64,000 bases of DNA from an uncultured Staphylococcaceae bacterium (GCA_964497235.1 CAZCCJ010000007.1:16503-80502), one strand, 5' to 3'; shown: positions 1 through 9,221, counted from the stretch's first letter. The notes: generated by a model not told the origin, from the sequence alone. Numbers and translations: made by a program.

Positions 1-56
1 GTGTGGTTTTTGTCAGAAATCCCCGAAAGCTTTCGATATCACGCGTGCGCTATATG

Positions 57-65
57 TGCTAAGAT
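57..65 (+). promoter_or_regulatory. extended -10 box TGcTAAGAT for the gene at 73 (leaderless geometry)
   Basis: tgctaagat lies at 57-65, followed by the 7-nt spacer ttagcct and then ATG 73. There is no purine-rich SD in between. Confidence 0.45.
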
Positions 66-72
66 TTAGCCT

Positions 73-1866
73 ATGCGGATGACGCAAGCTTCTTTTAAAA
101 ACGGATTGGCTGCCTTGAATGGTTTTTTCAGCCTCGAAAATCTTCCGAATCTCTTAATAACCGCAGCATTGTTGCTATGCATCGTTTTCGTTGTCGTCTT
201 GATCGTCACTTGGATCGTCTATTCGAAAAACGACGTCAAATACCTAAGGCATATGAATAGCGAGGTTAATAGCGTCCGTATCTACCGCATTGAAGCGGAG
301 CGAGCGCAAGTCACTTTCTTCGACTTGGGAAGGCTATCCAAGCAGAGGCATTGCACATTGAACGAATTCTATAATTCCTTCCCAGGCGGCGAGCCGACGA
401 GGGTCCGTAACTGGATCAACGACATTTTGGCCGAGAAGAAATCGGCCGATTATCTTCAGACTTCCGTCTATTTCCATCAGTCGAAAAGAAGGATGAACGC
501 CTTCTTGCATGTCCGTAAAACCGACGTCGCCCATGGCGTCATCCATTTGGAGAGCTATTTGCTGCCTTCGAGAAAAACCAAGGCATCGATAGGATCCTAT
601 ATCCGCTTATCGAGCGAAAGGGAATTCTCCGAGGCCCTTAGAAGCGTTAGCGGCGGGGCGGGCACCACCTATTGCTTCAGCCTCATCCAAAAAGCCCCTA
701 AAGGCATTAAGAGACAGACGAAATTGACGCAAGGGGCATCCTTCCGTTTCCGCATGGCCCTCGAGCCTTTCGTCAAAGGGAGCATGAAACTCATCCAAGC
801 CAGCGAAAGCGAATTCCTGATCGCCTCCTTCGAACAAGTCGATTCCACGGAGGCCATATCGTTCGCTTTGATGGCTGCCCATGAGGTTGAGAGGGAACTA
901 GCCCCTTTCAAGAGCAACAAACACCCAATCGAACTTCGCGTCGGAATCGTCAAAAACAAGGATTTGATGGGGGATGGGGACGCCATCATATCGAGTGCTA
1001 GAAGAACGGCCATGAACGCCTTTGAGACTACGAGCTCCATCGCTTTCTTCAAGCGCGGCACCGAGGATTATAGCGATAACGAAATCACCCAATATCGAAG
1101 CGAGGTCGAGCGCATCATCTATGAGAAGAGGATACTCTATTCATTCCGCCCGGTTTATTCTGTTTCGAAGAAAAAGGTTATTGGATATATGGGTAAGGCG
1201 ACGCCGAAATCGGATTGCGCCTTCGACTCGATAGACGAGCTTAAAAACTACGCCGTGCGGGCCAAAGACGATAAGAACCTCTTCGCCGCTTTGGCGAAGA
1301 ACTTGGTCGGGACCTTCGTTTCGGAAAGGGAACTAAAAAGCCAAAAGCTCTATTATCCGATCAGAGCCAGGGAAATGCCTTCCGTCCCTTCCTTCTTCAA
1401 GCGTTTAAAAGGAGCCAAAGACGCGAATATCGTCTTCACTTTGACTAATGATGACATCGCTTCCTCCGTTACGACTATCGGTTTGGAAACGCTAGTGGAG
1501 AACATGAACGCCATCAAGGAGAGCGGATACGGAATCGCCTATTCCTTAAGCGGAAAGAACCTCAACATCGAGCCTAATTTGCTCTCTTTGGCCGACGCTT
1601 TCTTTGTTGATTTCTCATCGAATGACGACGATTCGGGGCTTGATACGGCCATACGAAGCCAGCTTCACGCGCTCGTCGAAAAACTCCTCAAATACAAGAA
1701 ACCGATCATTGGCTCTAACCTTTCCAATTGGAATGCCTTAGAATTGGTCGTCGGAAGCGGGATGGAGTGCATATCGAGCGACGTCTTTGCCCCATATTCC
1801 CCGGCTTTGGCGCCGGTCAACGAGAAGAATGAAAACAGGATATTGATGCTGAAAGGAAATGCATAA
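73..1866 (+). CDS. membrane-anchored protein with fully degenerate GGDEF-like and EAL-like domains
   Basis: 597-aa ORF with a TM helix LLITAALLLCIVFVVVLIVTWIV. ASESEF occupies the GGDEF position, and ELRVGIV/ARRTAMNA resemble the GGDEF C-terminus. The C-terminal half is colinear with the EAL fold (ILYSFRPVY..VIGYMG, IVFTLTNDD, YGIAYSLSG, FFVDFS, PIIGSNLS), but the catalytic residues are substituted. Confidence 0.6.
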   Translation: MRMTQASFKNGLAALNGFFSLENLPNLLITAALLLCIVFVVVLIVTWIVYSKNDVKYLRHMNSEVNSVRIYRIEAERAQVTFFDLGRLSKQRHCTLNEFYNSFPGGEPTRVRNWINDILAEKKSADYLQTSVYFHQSKRRMNAFLHVRKTDVAHGVIHLESYLLPSRKTKASIGSYIRLSSEREFSEALRSVSGGAGTTYCFSLIQKAPKGIKRQTKLTQGASFRFRMALEPFVKGSMKLIQASESEFLIASFEQVDSTEAISFALMAAHEVERELAPFKSNKHPIELRVGIVKNKDLMGDGDAIISSARRTAMNAFETTSSIAFFKRGTEDYSDNEITQYRSEVERIIYEKRILYSFRPVYSVSKKKVIGYMGKATPKSDCAFDSIDELKNYAVRAKDDKNLFAALAKNLVGTFVSERELKSQKLYYPIRAREMPSVPSFFKRLKGAKDANIVFTLTNDDIASSVTTIGLETLVENMNAIKESGYGIAYSLSGKNLNIEPNLLSLADAFFVDFSSNDDDSGLDTAIRSQLHALVEKLLKYKKPIIGSNLSNWNALELVVGSGMECISSDVFAPYSPALAPVNEKNENRILMLKGNA

Positions 1867-1867
1867 T

Positions 1868-3307
1868 ATGGAAAACAAGAACAACGCGATCACCTCAAGG
1901 GACGTCGATTTCGCCCAATGGTATACGGATGTCTGCAAAAAAGCTAAGTTGATGGACTATGGCAGCGTGAAAGGATTCATCAACTATCTCCCGTATGGAT
2001 ATGCGATTTGGGAGGAGATACAAGCGTATCTCGATAAGAAATTCAAATCGATCGGCACGCAAAACGTCTATTTGCCGACGGTTATTCCCTCCTCTTTGTT
2101 CAACCGCGAGAAAGAGCATATCGAGGGGTTCGCGCCGGAATGCCTTGTTTGTACGATCGGAGGTGGGCAAGAGCTCGCCGATCCTTTGATCGTCCGTCCG
2201 ACTAGCGAGGTCCTCTTTAGCGACTTATTCAAGAAAATAGTCTCTTCATACCGCGATTTCCCGATTCTCTTCAATCAATGGTGCAGCGTCGTCCGTTGGG
2301 AAAAGACCACCCGTCCTTTCCTTCGCGGCTCGGAATTCCTTTGGCAAGAAGGGCATTGCCTTTTCGAGACCGAAGAAGACGCCGAAAACAACGCGAAATG
2401 GATTCTCGATAACGCATACGACGCTTGTGGAAAAGAACTTTTGGCCATCCCATTCCTAAAGGGCAAAAAGACGGAGCACGAGAAATTCGCCGGCGCCGTC
2501 AATACCTATTCCATCGAGGCTTTGATGCATGATGGGAAAGCCCTTCAAAGCGGCACTTCCCATTATTTAGGGACGGGATTTGCCGAGGCTTTTGGGATTT
2601 CTTATCAAGGAAGGAACAACGCTTTGACGGCCCCGCACCAGACTTCGTGGGGAGCGAGCACAAGGCTTTTAGGCGCCATCATCATGGTTCATGGCGATGA
2701 CAATGGACTCGTCCTTCCGCCATATGTCGCCCCAATCCAAGTCGTCATCATACCGGTCAGACAAAAAGAAGCGGGGGTGCTTGAGGCTTCGCAAAAGCTT
2801 TGCGACGAGCTCAAAGCCAAAGGAATCCGCGTCAAGCTCGATGCCGATGATTCGAGGACCCCGGGATGGAAGTTCGCCGAATATGAGATGAAGGGCGTGC
2901 CGCTACGCATTGAAATCGGCCCGCGCGATTTGGCAAAAGGGGAAGCGACACTCACCAAACGCGTCAATGGTGAGAAGAAGTCGTTGCCATTAGATTCCTT
3001 ATCTTCCTTAATTCCTGATTTGCTAAAGGAAATCCATCAGAATATGTACGATAAAGCCCTGGCTTTCCTTAACGACAACATCCATGACGTCAAAGACATC
3101 CAAGAGCTTAATGCCGTTTTGGGGAAAGGCGGCTACGCCCGCATGGCGTTTTGCGGCAAACCGGAATGCGAAGACGAGATCAAGGCCATCACCAATGGCG
3201 GCTCGGCCCGCGTCATTTACCAAGAGCTTCCGTCGGATACCGAGCTTCGTTGCCCAGTCTGCGGGGAGAAGGCGAAAGTCATCGCCTATTTCGCGAAAGC
3301 GTATTGA
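1868..3307 (+). CDS. proS: proline--tRNA ligase, archaeal/eukaryote-like class II type
   Basis: Motifs DFAQWYTDV, GFINYLPYGYAIWEEI, RPTSE, HQTSWG and the C-terminal CPVCGEKA. ATG 1868 has AGGA about 10 nt upstream. The alternative ATG 1859 overlaps the stop of gene 1. Confidence 0.93.
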   Translation: MENKNNAITSRDVDFAQWYTDVCKKAKLMDYGSVKGFINYLPYGYAIWEEIQAYLDKKFKSIGTQNVYLPTVIPSSLFNREKEHIEGFAPECLVCTIGGGQELADPLIVRPTSEVLFSDLFKKIVSSYRDFPILFNQWCSVVRWEKTTRPFLRGSEFLWQEGHCLFETEEDAENNAKWILDNAYDACGKELLAIPFLKGKKTEHEKFAGAVNTYSIEALMHDGKALQSGTSHYLGTGFAEAFGISYQGRNNALTAPHQTSWGASTRLLGAIIMVHGDDNGLVLPPYVAPIQVVIIPVRQKEAGVLEASQKLCDELKAKGIRVKLDADDSRTPGWKFAEYEMKGVPLRIEIGPRDLAKGEATLTKRVNGEKKSLPLDSLSSLIPDLLKEIHQNMYDKALAFLNDNIHDVKDIQELNAVLGKGGYARMAFCGKPECEDEIKAITNGGSARVIYQELPSDTELRCPVCGEKAKVIAYFAKAY

Positions 3308-3324
3308 TCGCATGCTGAAACCCA

Positions 3325-3350
3325 ATGGGCGCAAATGCGCCCATTTTTTA
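3325..3350 (+). terminator. rho-independent terminator after proS
   Basis: Perfect 8-bp stem atgggcgc/gcgcccat with loop aaat, followed by ttttt. Confidence 0.8.
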
Positions 3351-3383
3351 TATCTTTCGTGGCTTTAGGCACATCGTTTAGAT

Positions 3384-3389
3384 TATAAT
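3384..3389 (+). promoter_or_regulatory. -10 box TATAAT for the giant helicase gene
   Basis: tataat lies 9 nt upstream of ATG 3399, with spacer ctaagaaac and no SD. Confidence 0.5.
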
Positions 3390-3398
3390 CTAAGAAAC

Positions 3399-6300
3399 AT
3401 GGAACGAAACGAACAACTGGAACTCTCCCTTAGCATCAGAAAAGACATAAACTATGTCAATTATCAGGCGGAGACGCTTAAAAAAGAAACGACGGAAGGG
3501 GAATCGAATTCCTTCTCTTTTTTACGCTATATCGAAATAAAGAACATATCCGAAACGGACGTCAAGGATGTTTGGATCCGTTTCTCCACTAACCCTGAGC
3601 GTTTCCTCTCAATCGATCCGATACATATCTCTTTTCTAGAGAAGAAGAAAAGAACGGTCGTCAACCGTTTCGGCATCCATTTGGATATCGAATCGCTATA
3701 TAAGATAACCGAGAAGGCGTTGGCTTCGATAAAGGTGACGCTTGAAGACGATGCCGGAGATGTTTTGGCGGAAAAAGAAGAAAACATCGCCTTTTTGCCG
3801 ATTGAGGAAAGCGCATCGAACGATAGAATCGATGAGATACTCGCTTCTTTCGTGACCCCTAACGACCCTTCGGTCATCGACGTTCTTTCTAAAGCGCAGG
3901 AAATCAGCAAAGAGAAATACGGCCATTCGTCTTTCGAGGGGTATCTGCTTCACGATCCGAACAAGATCCTAGAGGAGATGGATGCGATATACACCGCTTT
4001 GAAGGGGTTAGGGATCCGCTATTCCTTGCCTCCCGCTTCCTTCGAATCGACCTTCCAAAAGATTAGGCTTCCGCGCGACGTCATCGCGAATAAGATCGCC
4101 ACTTGCATCGATTTCTCGATCCTTTTCGCCAGCGTCTTGGAAGCGGCCGGCATCAAGCCGATTCTCTTGATGTATAAAGGGCATTGCAACTTAGCGGCGT
4201 GGCTAGACGAATCATGCGCCTTTTATTCATCCAAAGAAGAGAATTCCCAAACGATACTCAATAACGCCTCCAAAGGATTCAATAACCTCGTCATCGTCGA
4301 GACCACCCATCTTGCGGACGGGACGGATATCTCATTCCATGAATCCACCGATAGGGCCTATCAAGAATTCGAGAAAGGAAAAGAATTCCAATATGCCTTG
4401 GATATCGCCTCTTGCCGTCATGATGGCATTTTGCCGATCCCTTCCCCAAAGACCCTTTCCGACGGAACCGTGTCCTTCGATTTCCCTTCGCTAAAAAGCG
4501 ATGACGCGAAGGCTCCAACCGTGGATTTGTCTTCCCGTCGTTTCCTTGATCCCTTAGCGAAAGGGAGAAAGAACCGCTTCGACTATTGGGAAGATAAGTT
4601 GCTAGATTTAAATCTCCGCAATCGCCTTATTTCCTATAAAAGCGGATCTAGCGGCATCGAACTTCTCTCTTATGACCCTGAGAAGGCCATTTCCTTCTTG
4701 TCGGACAGGGCGAAGGTGACGTTAGTCCCGGCGCCTTTGAACATCGATTCCGGCGGGAGAGCGCCGGCGATCCTATCCTTATCGCCTGCGGTTATAGCGA
4801 AAGACGTGGAGAATGCCTACTCGCACGACTCCCTATTGGCCGTCAATTTCTCAAATACCAGCGAGACGGCCCTCAAGAACCTATCGAGAAAAAGCAACAC
4901 AGCTCTTGAGGAAAGCGGATGCAACCCATTGTTTTTAACCCTCGGCTTGATACGTTGGTTCGATAATCCGAAAGCGGCGAGTAACGGCACAGGCGCGATG
5001 TACGCTCCTATTTTCTTGCTTCCCGTCAAGATGCCGCGCCGCAAAAGCGGTTCTTACTATTATCTGGAATATTCATTCGATGACCTCCAGCTCAATAGAA
5101 CGGCGTTCGAATATTTCAAAGAGGCATATGACCTCGATCTTTCGCGCCTTAATCCTCTTCCAAAAAAGAGCGACGGGCTTGTCGATTTACGCCTTATCTA
5201 TAACGAAATACGAAACACCATCGCCCCGATGAAGAATTGGGCTTTGATCGAGAACACGAGCGCTTTGTCGCTCTTCTCTTTCTCCCATTACGTCATGTGG
5301 AACGATCTAAGGAGCCATCGGAATGAGATGATGAACCATCCAATCGTCGCCTCTTTCGTCTATGGCGAGAAGAAGTGGAATTCGGCGGAGAACCTCGTCT
5401 CGCCAGAAGAGATGGACGCGAAGATATCGCCAAGCGATTTCGCCGCCCCATTGCCTGCGGATTCGTCGCAAATCAAAGCGATTATCGACGCAGAGAAAGG
5501 CGAATCGTTCGTACTCGATGGCCCTCCTGGCACTGGCAAAAGCCAAACGATAGCCAATATGATCGTCAATTTCCTTTACCATGGCAAAAAGGTTCTTTTC
5601 GTCGCAGAGAAGGAAGTGGCGCTAGACGTCGTCAAAAGGAGGCTTGACGATTTGCATTTAGGGCAATTCGTTTTGGAACTCGCTAACCTTGGCATGCCAA
5701 AAAGCGACATCTTATCCAATTATTCTCGCTTGCTTGAGCTCGGGCAGCTTTCGAACGACGAGAATTACGATAAGCAAAGCGAGGACTTGCTCGAAAAGAG
5801 AAAGAACCTCAACGCCATCATGTCATCCATGCATACCGATGCGCCGTATTTCCTTTCCCCATATGATGCGATAGTGATGTATCTAGAGAATGAGAAATAC
5901 GCGACGCCTGATGAGATTCCCTTCTCTTATGTTACCGATCTCTCGCATCTCGAATATAAGAAGGCCATCGCCTCTTTGGATGAATTGACCCGTTTGTCAA
6001 TGGGTTTCGGCGGCTATCATCTCTCTTCTTTCCTCGCTTTCCAAAAGAAGGAATATTCTTTGGCATATCGCGAAAAGGCCAAAGAAGAGGCCGAGAGCCT
6101 AAAGGCCTTATGCGACAAATTGCGTTTGGCATCGTATAACGCCATGTTCAAAGGCGGCATCAAGAAGGATAGCCGTCGGAACGTCGAAGCGTATTTGTCG
6201 ATAATCGCCACTTTGCAAAGCGGCACCCCAACCTATAAGGAATATTATCTCGATTCCCTCTTCTTAGAGAAAAAGGACATGGTGCTCTTCTTAGCGGAAA

Positions 6301-9221
6301 AGAAACTTGAACTTGCGAAAGGACTTGAGCAATGCTCCCTTTATTTCAACGATAGAGCGTATATCCTTAGCGACGTAGCTTCCTTGCTTAAAGAATTCGA
6401 AGGCATAAAGAAACTCTCCTTTTTCAAGAGAATAGGCGCGAAAAGGACGTTCTGGAAGAAACTAAAACCTTATTTCCTTTCCTCAAAGCGGCTCAAAGAC
6501 GATGAATTGTCCTCTGCCCTAAAGGAACTCGATTCCGTTAATGCCTTGAAGAAGGAGATCGAGAGCGCCGACCCATATGCGAAAGCGGTCCTTAAAACCC
6601 TTCCATTCGACGATTCTTCATCTTCTTCCGAAAGCGTCAACGAACTTAAGGCGACTTTCGCCATCGCTTCGGAACTAAAGAAGATGGAATACGATTCCGA
6701 TCCCGAGGAATTCGTTTCCTATCTCTCGGAAATGGGGAATGGGAAACTATTCGGCAAGACGAATGAGACGCTGAAATCGCTATACGACGAATTCCTTTCG
6801 AAGACGAAACGCATGGAAGACGAATTCGAAATCGACGTGTCTTTATATGGCGACGCTTCGAACTATTTCGGATACATCGCCTCGAAGATGAACGACGTTG
6901 TTTCATCGATTGGCAGGCTAAGCGATTGGACGAACGTCGTTTTGGCGTATCTAGAAGCCGCCAAAATGGTGCCCGAATCCCTTATGCTTTCCTTCCGAAA
7001 TGGAAAAATCCCCGACAAAAACCTATCGGATTCCTATATCGCGGACGTTTGCTTCGCTTTATTGACGCACGTTCTTTCGGAAAGGGGAATCGGGACGTTG
7101 TCACACGAGAAGACACTTAGCGAGATCTCTTCTTACCAAGAGGACATCAAAGCCTTCCAAAACGCATCGATCGTCGAGACGGCGTCAAGGATCACCGCCA
7201 AATTCCCAATCGGCGCCTCTTCCTTCGCTTCCTCGACTTCCGCTTATCAATTATCCAAATTGGCGAAAAACGGAGGTCGCGGATGCTCATTAAGGCACCT
7301 ATTCCACGAATATCGCGATTTGATATCCATCTTGACGCCTTGCTTCATGATGTCGCCGGCCACTTTGGCGCAATATCTTGATCCAAACGATTACCATTTC
7401 GACGTCGTCATATTCGATGAAGCTTCGCAAATACCGACAAGCGAAGCCGTCGGCGCTCTCTATCGCGCCTCTTCCTTCGTCATCGCCGGAGACGAGGAGC
7501 AGATGCCGCCATCGAATTATTTCGCTTCGTCTTTGTCGAATCAGGACGAAGCTTCTTCCTTGTCTTCCATCGATGAGGATTTGGAAAGTCTTTTAGACGA
7601 TGCAATCGTCCTTCGCTTGCCTAGGAAGCGTCTCACATGGCATTATCGCTCGCGCCATGAATCCTTGATATCTTTCTCGAATAACCGTTTTTATGGCAAT
7701 TCCCTTTTGACTTTCCCATCGCCTTCTTCCGAGAAGGGGAGCGTCTCTTTCAAGCTCGTCAAAGGCGCTTACGAAAGGGGAAGAGGAATCAATAAGCCAA
7801 GCGCTAAAGCGATCGTCTCCGAGATAATAAAGCGGTTGAAAGACCCTCTTTTAAGAAAGAAATCGATTGGTGTCATCACCTTCAATGAAGCGGAGCAAAA
7901 CCTCATTGAGGATATGCTAGAGAAGGAGCTTGCCCAGAATCCGCGTTTAGACAATGCGCCAGGCGGGGAGAAGATCTTCGTCAAGAACCTCGAAAACGTT
8001 CAAGGAGATGAGCGCGACGTCATCTTATTCGACATCACTTATGGGCCGGATAAGAATGGAGAATTATCGTTGAATTTCGGCCCTCTTTCACTAAAGAAAG
8101 GCGAAAGGAGGCTCAATGTCGCCGTATCCAGGGCAAGGGAAGCTATGGTCGTCTTCTCTTCCTTCGATCCTTCCTTGATCCGCGCCGAAAAGGCGAAAAA
8201 CGAAGGTGCCTCTTACCTAAGGGATTTCCTTTATTTCGCCAAAGGAGGCTATGACGCCCTTCCGAATCGATATGGCAACGAGAATTCGGAGAATCGCCTG
8301 GGCGTCGCTTCTTTCTTGGCGAACGATTTGAGGAAGAACGGATATAAGGTCACGGAGAACCTCGGCAACAGCTCCTTTAAGATCGACTTGGCGATAGCTT
8401 CGAATGAAGATCCTGAAGATTATGTCTTAGGCGTCCTTTTCGATAACCCATATATCGCGAAAATGAGTTGCCGAGATAGGCTTGTGAATGAGCCTTCCGT
8501 TTTGAAGCGGCTTTCCTGGAACCTAATTTCCCTCTATGGCGTCGAGTATTTGGACCATCGCGACGAAGTCCTTAAGACAGTCGTGAACGCGTATAACGAG
8601 GCGCTAAGCAAAAAAGAAAGAGGGGAAGACGAAAAAACGGTCCATGATTCGCCTCTATTCATCAAAAAACCCCGTCAAACCCCCAAGAATTTCAGGCCTT
8701 ACGCGAAAATGCCGATAACGAAGAAAGATGGGATATACGTTGAAACGTCCTTCTTGCAAGACGTCATAAACGCCGAATATCCGATAAGCACCGCCCTCTT
8801 AGATAAGAGAGTTCGCGATGCGTATGGCTTCGAGCGGATCGGAAGCAACATCAGGAATCAGATCTCCGGATGCTTGGCGAGCCTTGCTCCAGGCGTCGAG
8901 ACGTGCGGCAGCAGGACCTTCTACTATCCGCGTTACTACGTTCCGATGAACTATAGGTTCTGGAGAAAAAGCGACGAAAGCGTGCCGGAAAGAAGGATAG
9001 TCGACGTCGGATTCATCGAAATCGGCAATTGCGCGGCCGATATCTTACTTGAACAAGGGTCGATGTCTCTCGATGACCTCGCCAAATCCGTCTCCATGGC
9101 CTTCGGCTATTCGCTTCTTTCCAAGAGCGCGAACGATTATCTTAAGCAAGGCATCCGCTGGAACGATTCGAAGCGCTTAGGCATCTATATAGACGAGAAC
9201 AACATCGTCTCCCTCCGCTAA
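3399..9221 (+). CDS. 1940-aa multidomain Upf1-like SF1 helicase: transglutaminase-like N-terminal module, DUF4011-type region, AAA_11/AAA_12 helicase core, Vsr/DUF559-like nuclease-fold segment and DUF3320-like tail
   Basis: ATCIDFSILFASVLEAAGIKP..KGHCNLAAW (TGase-like). FDYWEDKLLDLNLRNRLISYK, NPLFLTLGLIRW and LSLFSFSHYVMWNDL (DUF4011-like). Helicase motifs GPPGTGKS, VVIFDEASQ, GDEEQMPP, WHYRSRHESLISFSN, QGDERDVILFD and RLNVAVSRAR. Nuclease-fold segment FKIDLAI..LGVLFDNPYIAK..CRDRL. DUF3320-like tail YPISTALLDKRVRDAYGFERIG. Confidence 0.85.
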   Translation: MERNEQLELSLSIRKDINYVNYQAETLKKETTEGESNSFSFLRYIEIKNISETDVKDVWIRFSTNPERFLSIDPIHISFLEKKKRTVVNRFGIHLDIESLYKITEKALASIKVTLEDDAGDVLAEKEENIAFLPIEESASNDRIDEILASFVTPNDPSVIDVLSKAQEISKEKYGHSSFEGYLLHDPNKILEEMDAIYTALKGLGIRYSLPPASFESTFQKIRLPRDVIANKIATCIDFSILFASVLEAAGIKPILLMYKGHCNLAAWLDESCAFYSSKEENSQTILNNASKGFNNLVIVETTHLADGTDISFHESTDRAYQEFEKGKEFQYALDIASCRHDGILPIPSPKTLSDGTVSFDFPSLKSDDAKAPTVDLSSRRFLDPLAKGRKNRFDYWEDKLLDLNLRNRLISYKSGSSGIELLSYDPEKAISFLSDRAKVTLVPAPLNIDSGGRAPAILSLSPAVIAKDVENAYSHDSLLAVNFSNTSETALKNLSRKSNTALEESGCNPLFLTLGLIRWFDNPKAASNGTGAMYAPIFLLPVKMPRRKSGSYYYLEYSFDDLQLNRTAFEYFKEAYDLDLSRLNPLPKKSDGLVDLRLIYNEIRNTIAPMKNWALIENTSALSLFSFSHYVMWNDLRSHRNEMMNHPIVASFVYGEKKWNSAENLVSPEEMDAKISPSDFAAPLPADSSQIKAIIDAEKGESFVLDGPPGTGKSQTIANMIVNFLYHGKKVLFVAEKEVALDVVKRRLDDLHLGQFVLELANLGMPKSDILSNYSRLLELGQLSNDENYDKQSEDLLEKRKNLNAIMSSMHTDAPYFLSPYDAIVMYLENEKYATPDEIPFSYVTDLSHLEYKKAIASLDELTRLSMGFGGYHLSSFLAFQKKEYSLAYREKAKEEAESLKALCDKLRLASYNAMFKGGIKKDSRRNVEAYLSIIATLQSGTPTYKEYYLDSLFLEKKDMVLFLAEKKLELAKGLEQCSLYFNDRAYILSDVASLLKEFEGIKKLSFFKRIGAKRTFWKKLKPYFLSSKRLKDDELSSALKELDSVNALKKEIESADPYAKAVLKTLPFDDSSSSSESVNELKATFAIASELKKMEYDSDPEEFVSYLSEMGNGKLFGKTNETLKSLYDEFLSKTKRMEDEFEIDVSLYGDASNYFGYIASKMNDVVSSIGRLSDWTNVVLAYLEAAKMVPESLMLSFRNGKIPDKNLSDSYIADVCFALLTHVLSERGIGTLSHEKTLSEISSYQEDIKAFQNASIVETASRITAKFPIGASSFASSTSAYQLSKLAKNGGRGCSLRHLFHEYRDLISILTPCFMMSPATLAQYLDPNDYHFDVVIFDEASQIPTSEAVGALYRASSFVIAGDEEQMPPSNYFASSLSNQDEASSLSSIDEDLESLLDDAIVLRLPRKRLTWHYRSRHESLISFSNNRFYGNSLLTFPSPSSEKGSVSFKLVKGAYERGRGINKPSAKAIVSEIIKRLKDPLLRKKSIGVITFNEAEQNLIEDMLEKELAQNPRLDNAPGGEKIFVKNLENVQGDERDVILFDITYGPDKNGELSLNFGPLSLKKGERRLNVAVSRAREAMVVFSSFDPSLIRAEKAKNEGASYLRDFLYFAKGGYDALPNRYGNENSENRLGVASFLANDLRKNGYKVTENLGNSSFKIDLAIASNEDPEDYVLGVLFDNPYIAKMSCRDRLVNEPSVLKRLSWNLISLYGVEYLDHRDEVLKTVVNAYNEALSKKERGEDEKTVHDSPLFIKKPRQTPKNFRPYAKMPITKKDGIYVETSFLQDVINAEYPISTALLDKRVRDAYGFERIGSNIRNQISGCLASLAPGVETCGSRTFYYPRYYVPMNYRFWRKSDESVPERRIVDVGFIEIGNCAADILLEQGSMSLDDLAKSVSMAFGYSLLSKSANDYLKQGIRWNDSKRLGIYIDENNIVSLR

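Noticed and set aside
1800-1870. T-box or other leader upstream of proS
   Set aside because: The proS start overlaps or abuts the end of gene 1, leaving no room for a leader RNA.
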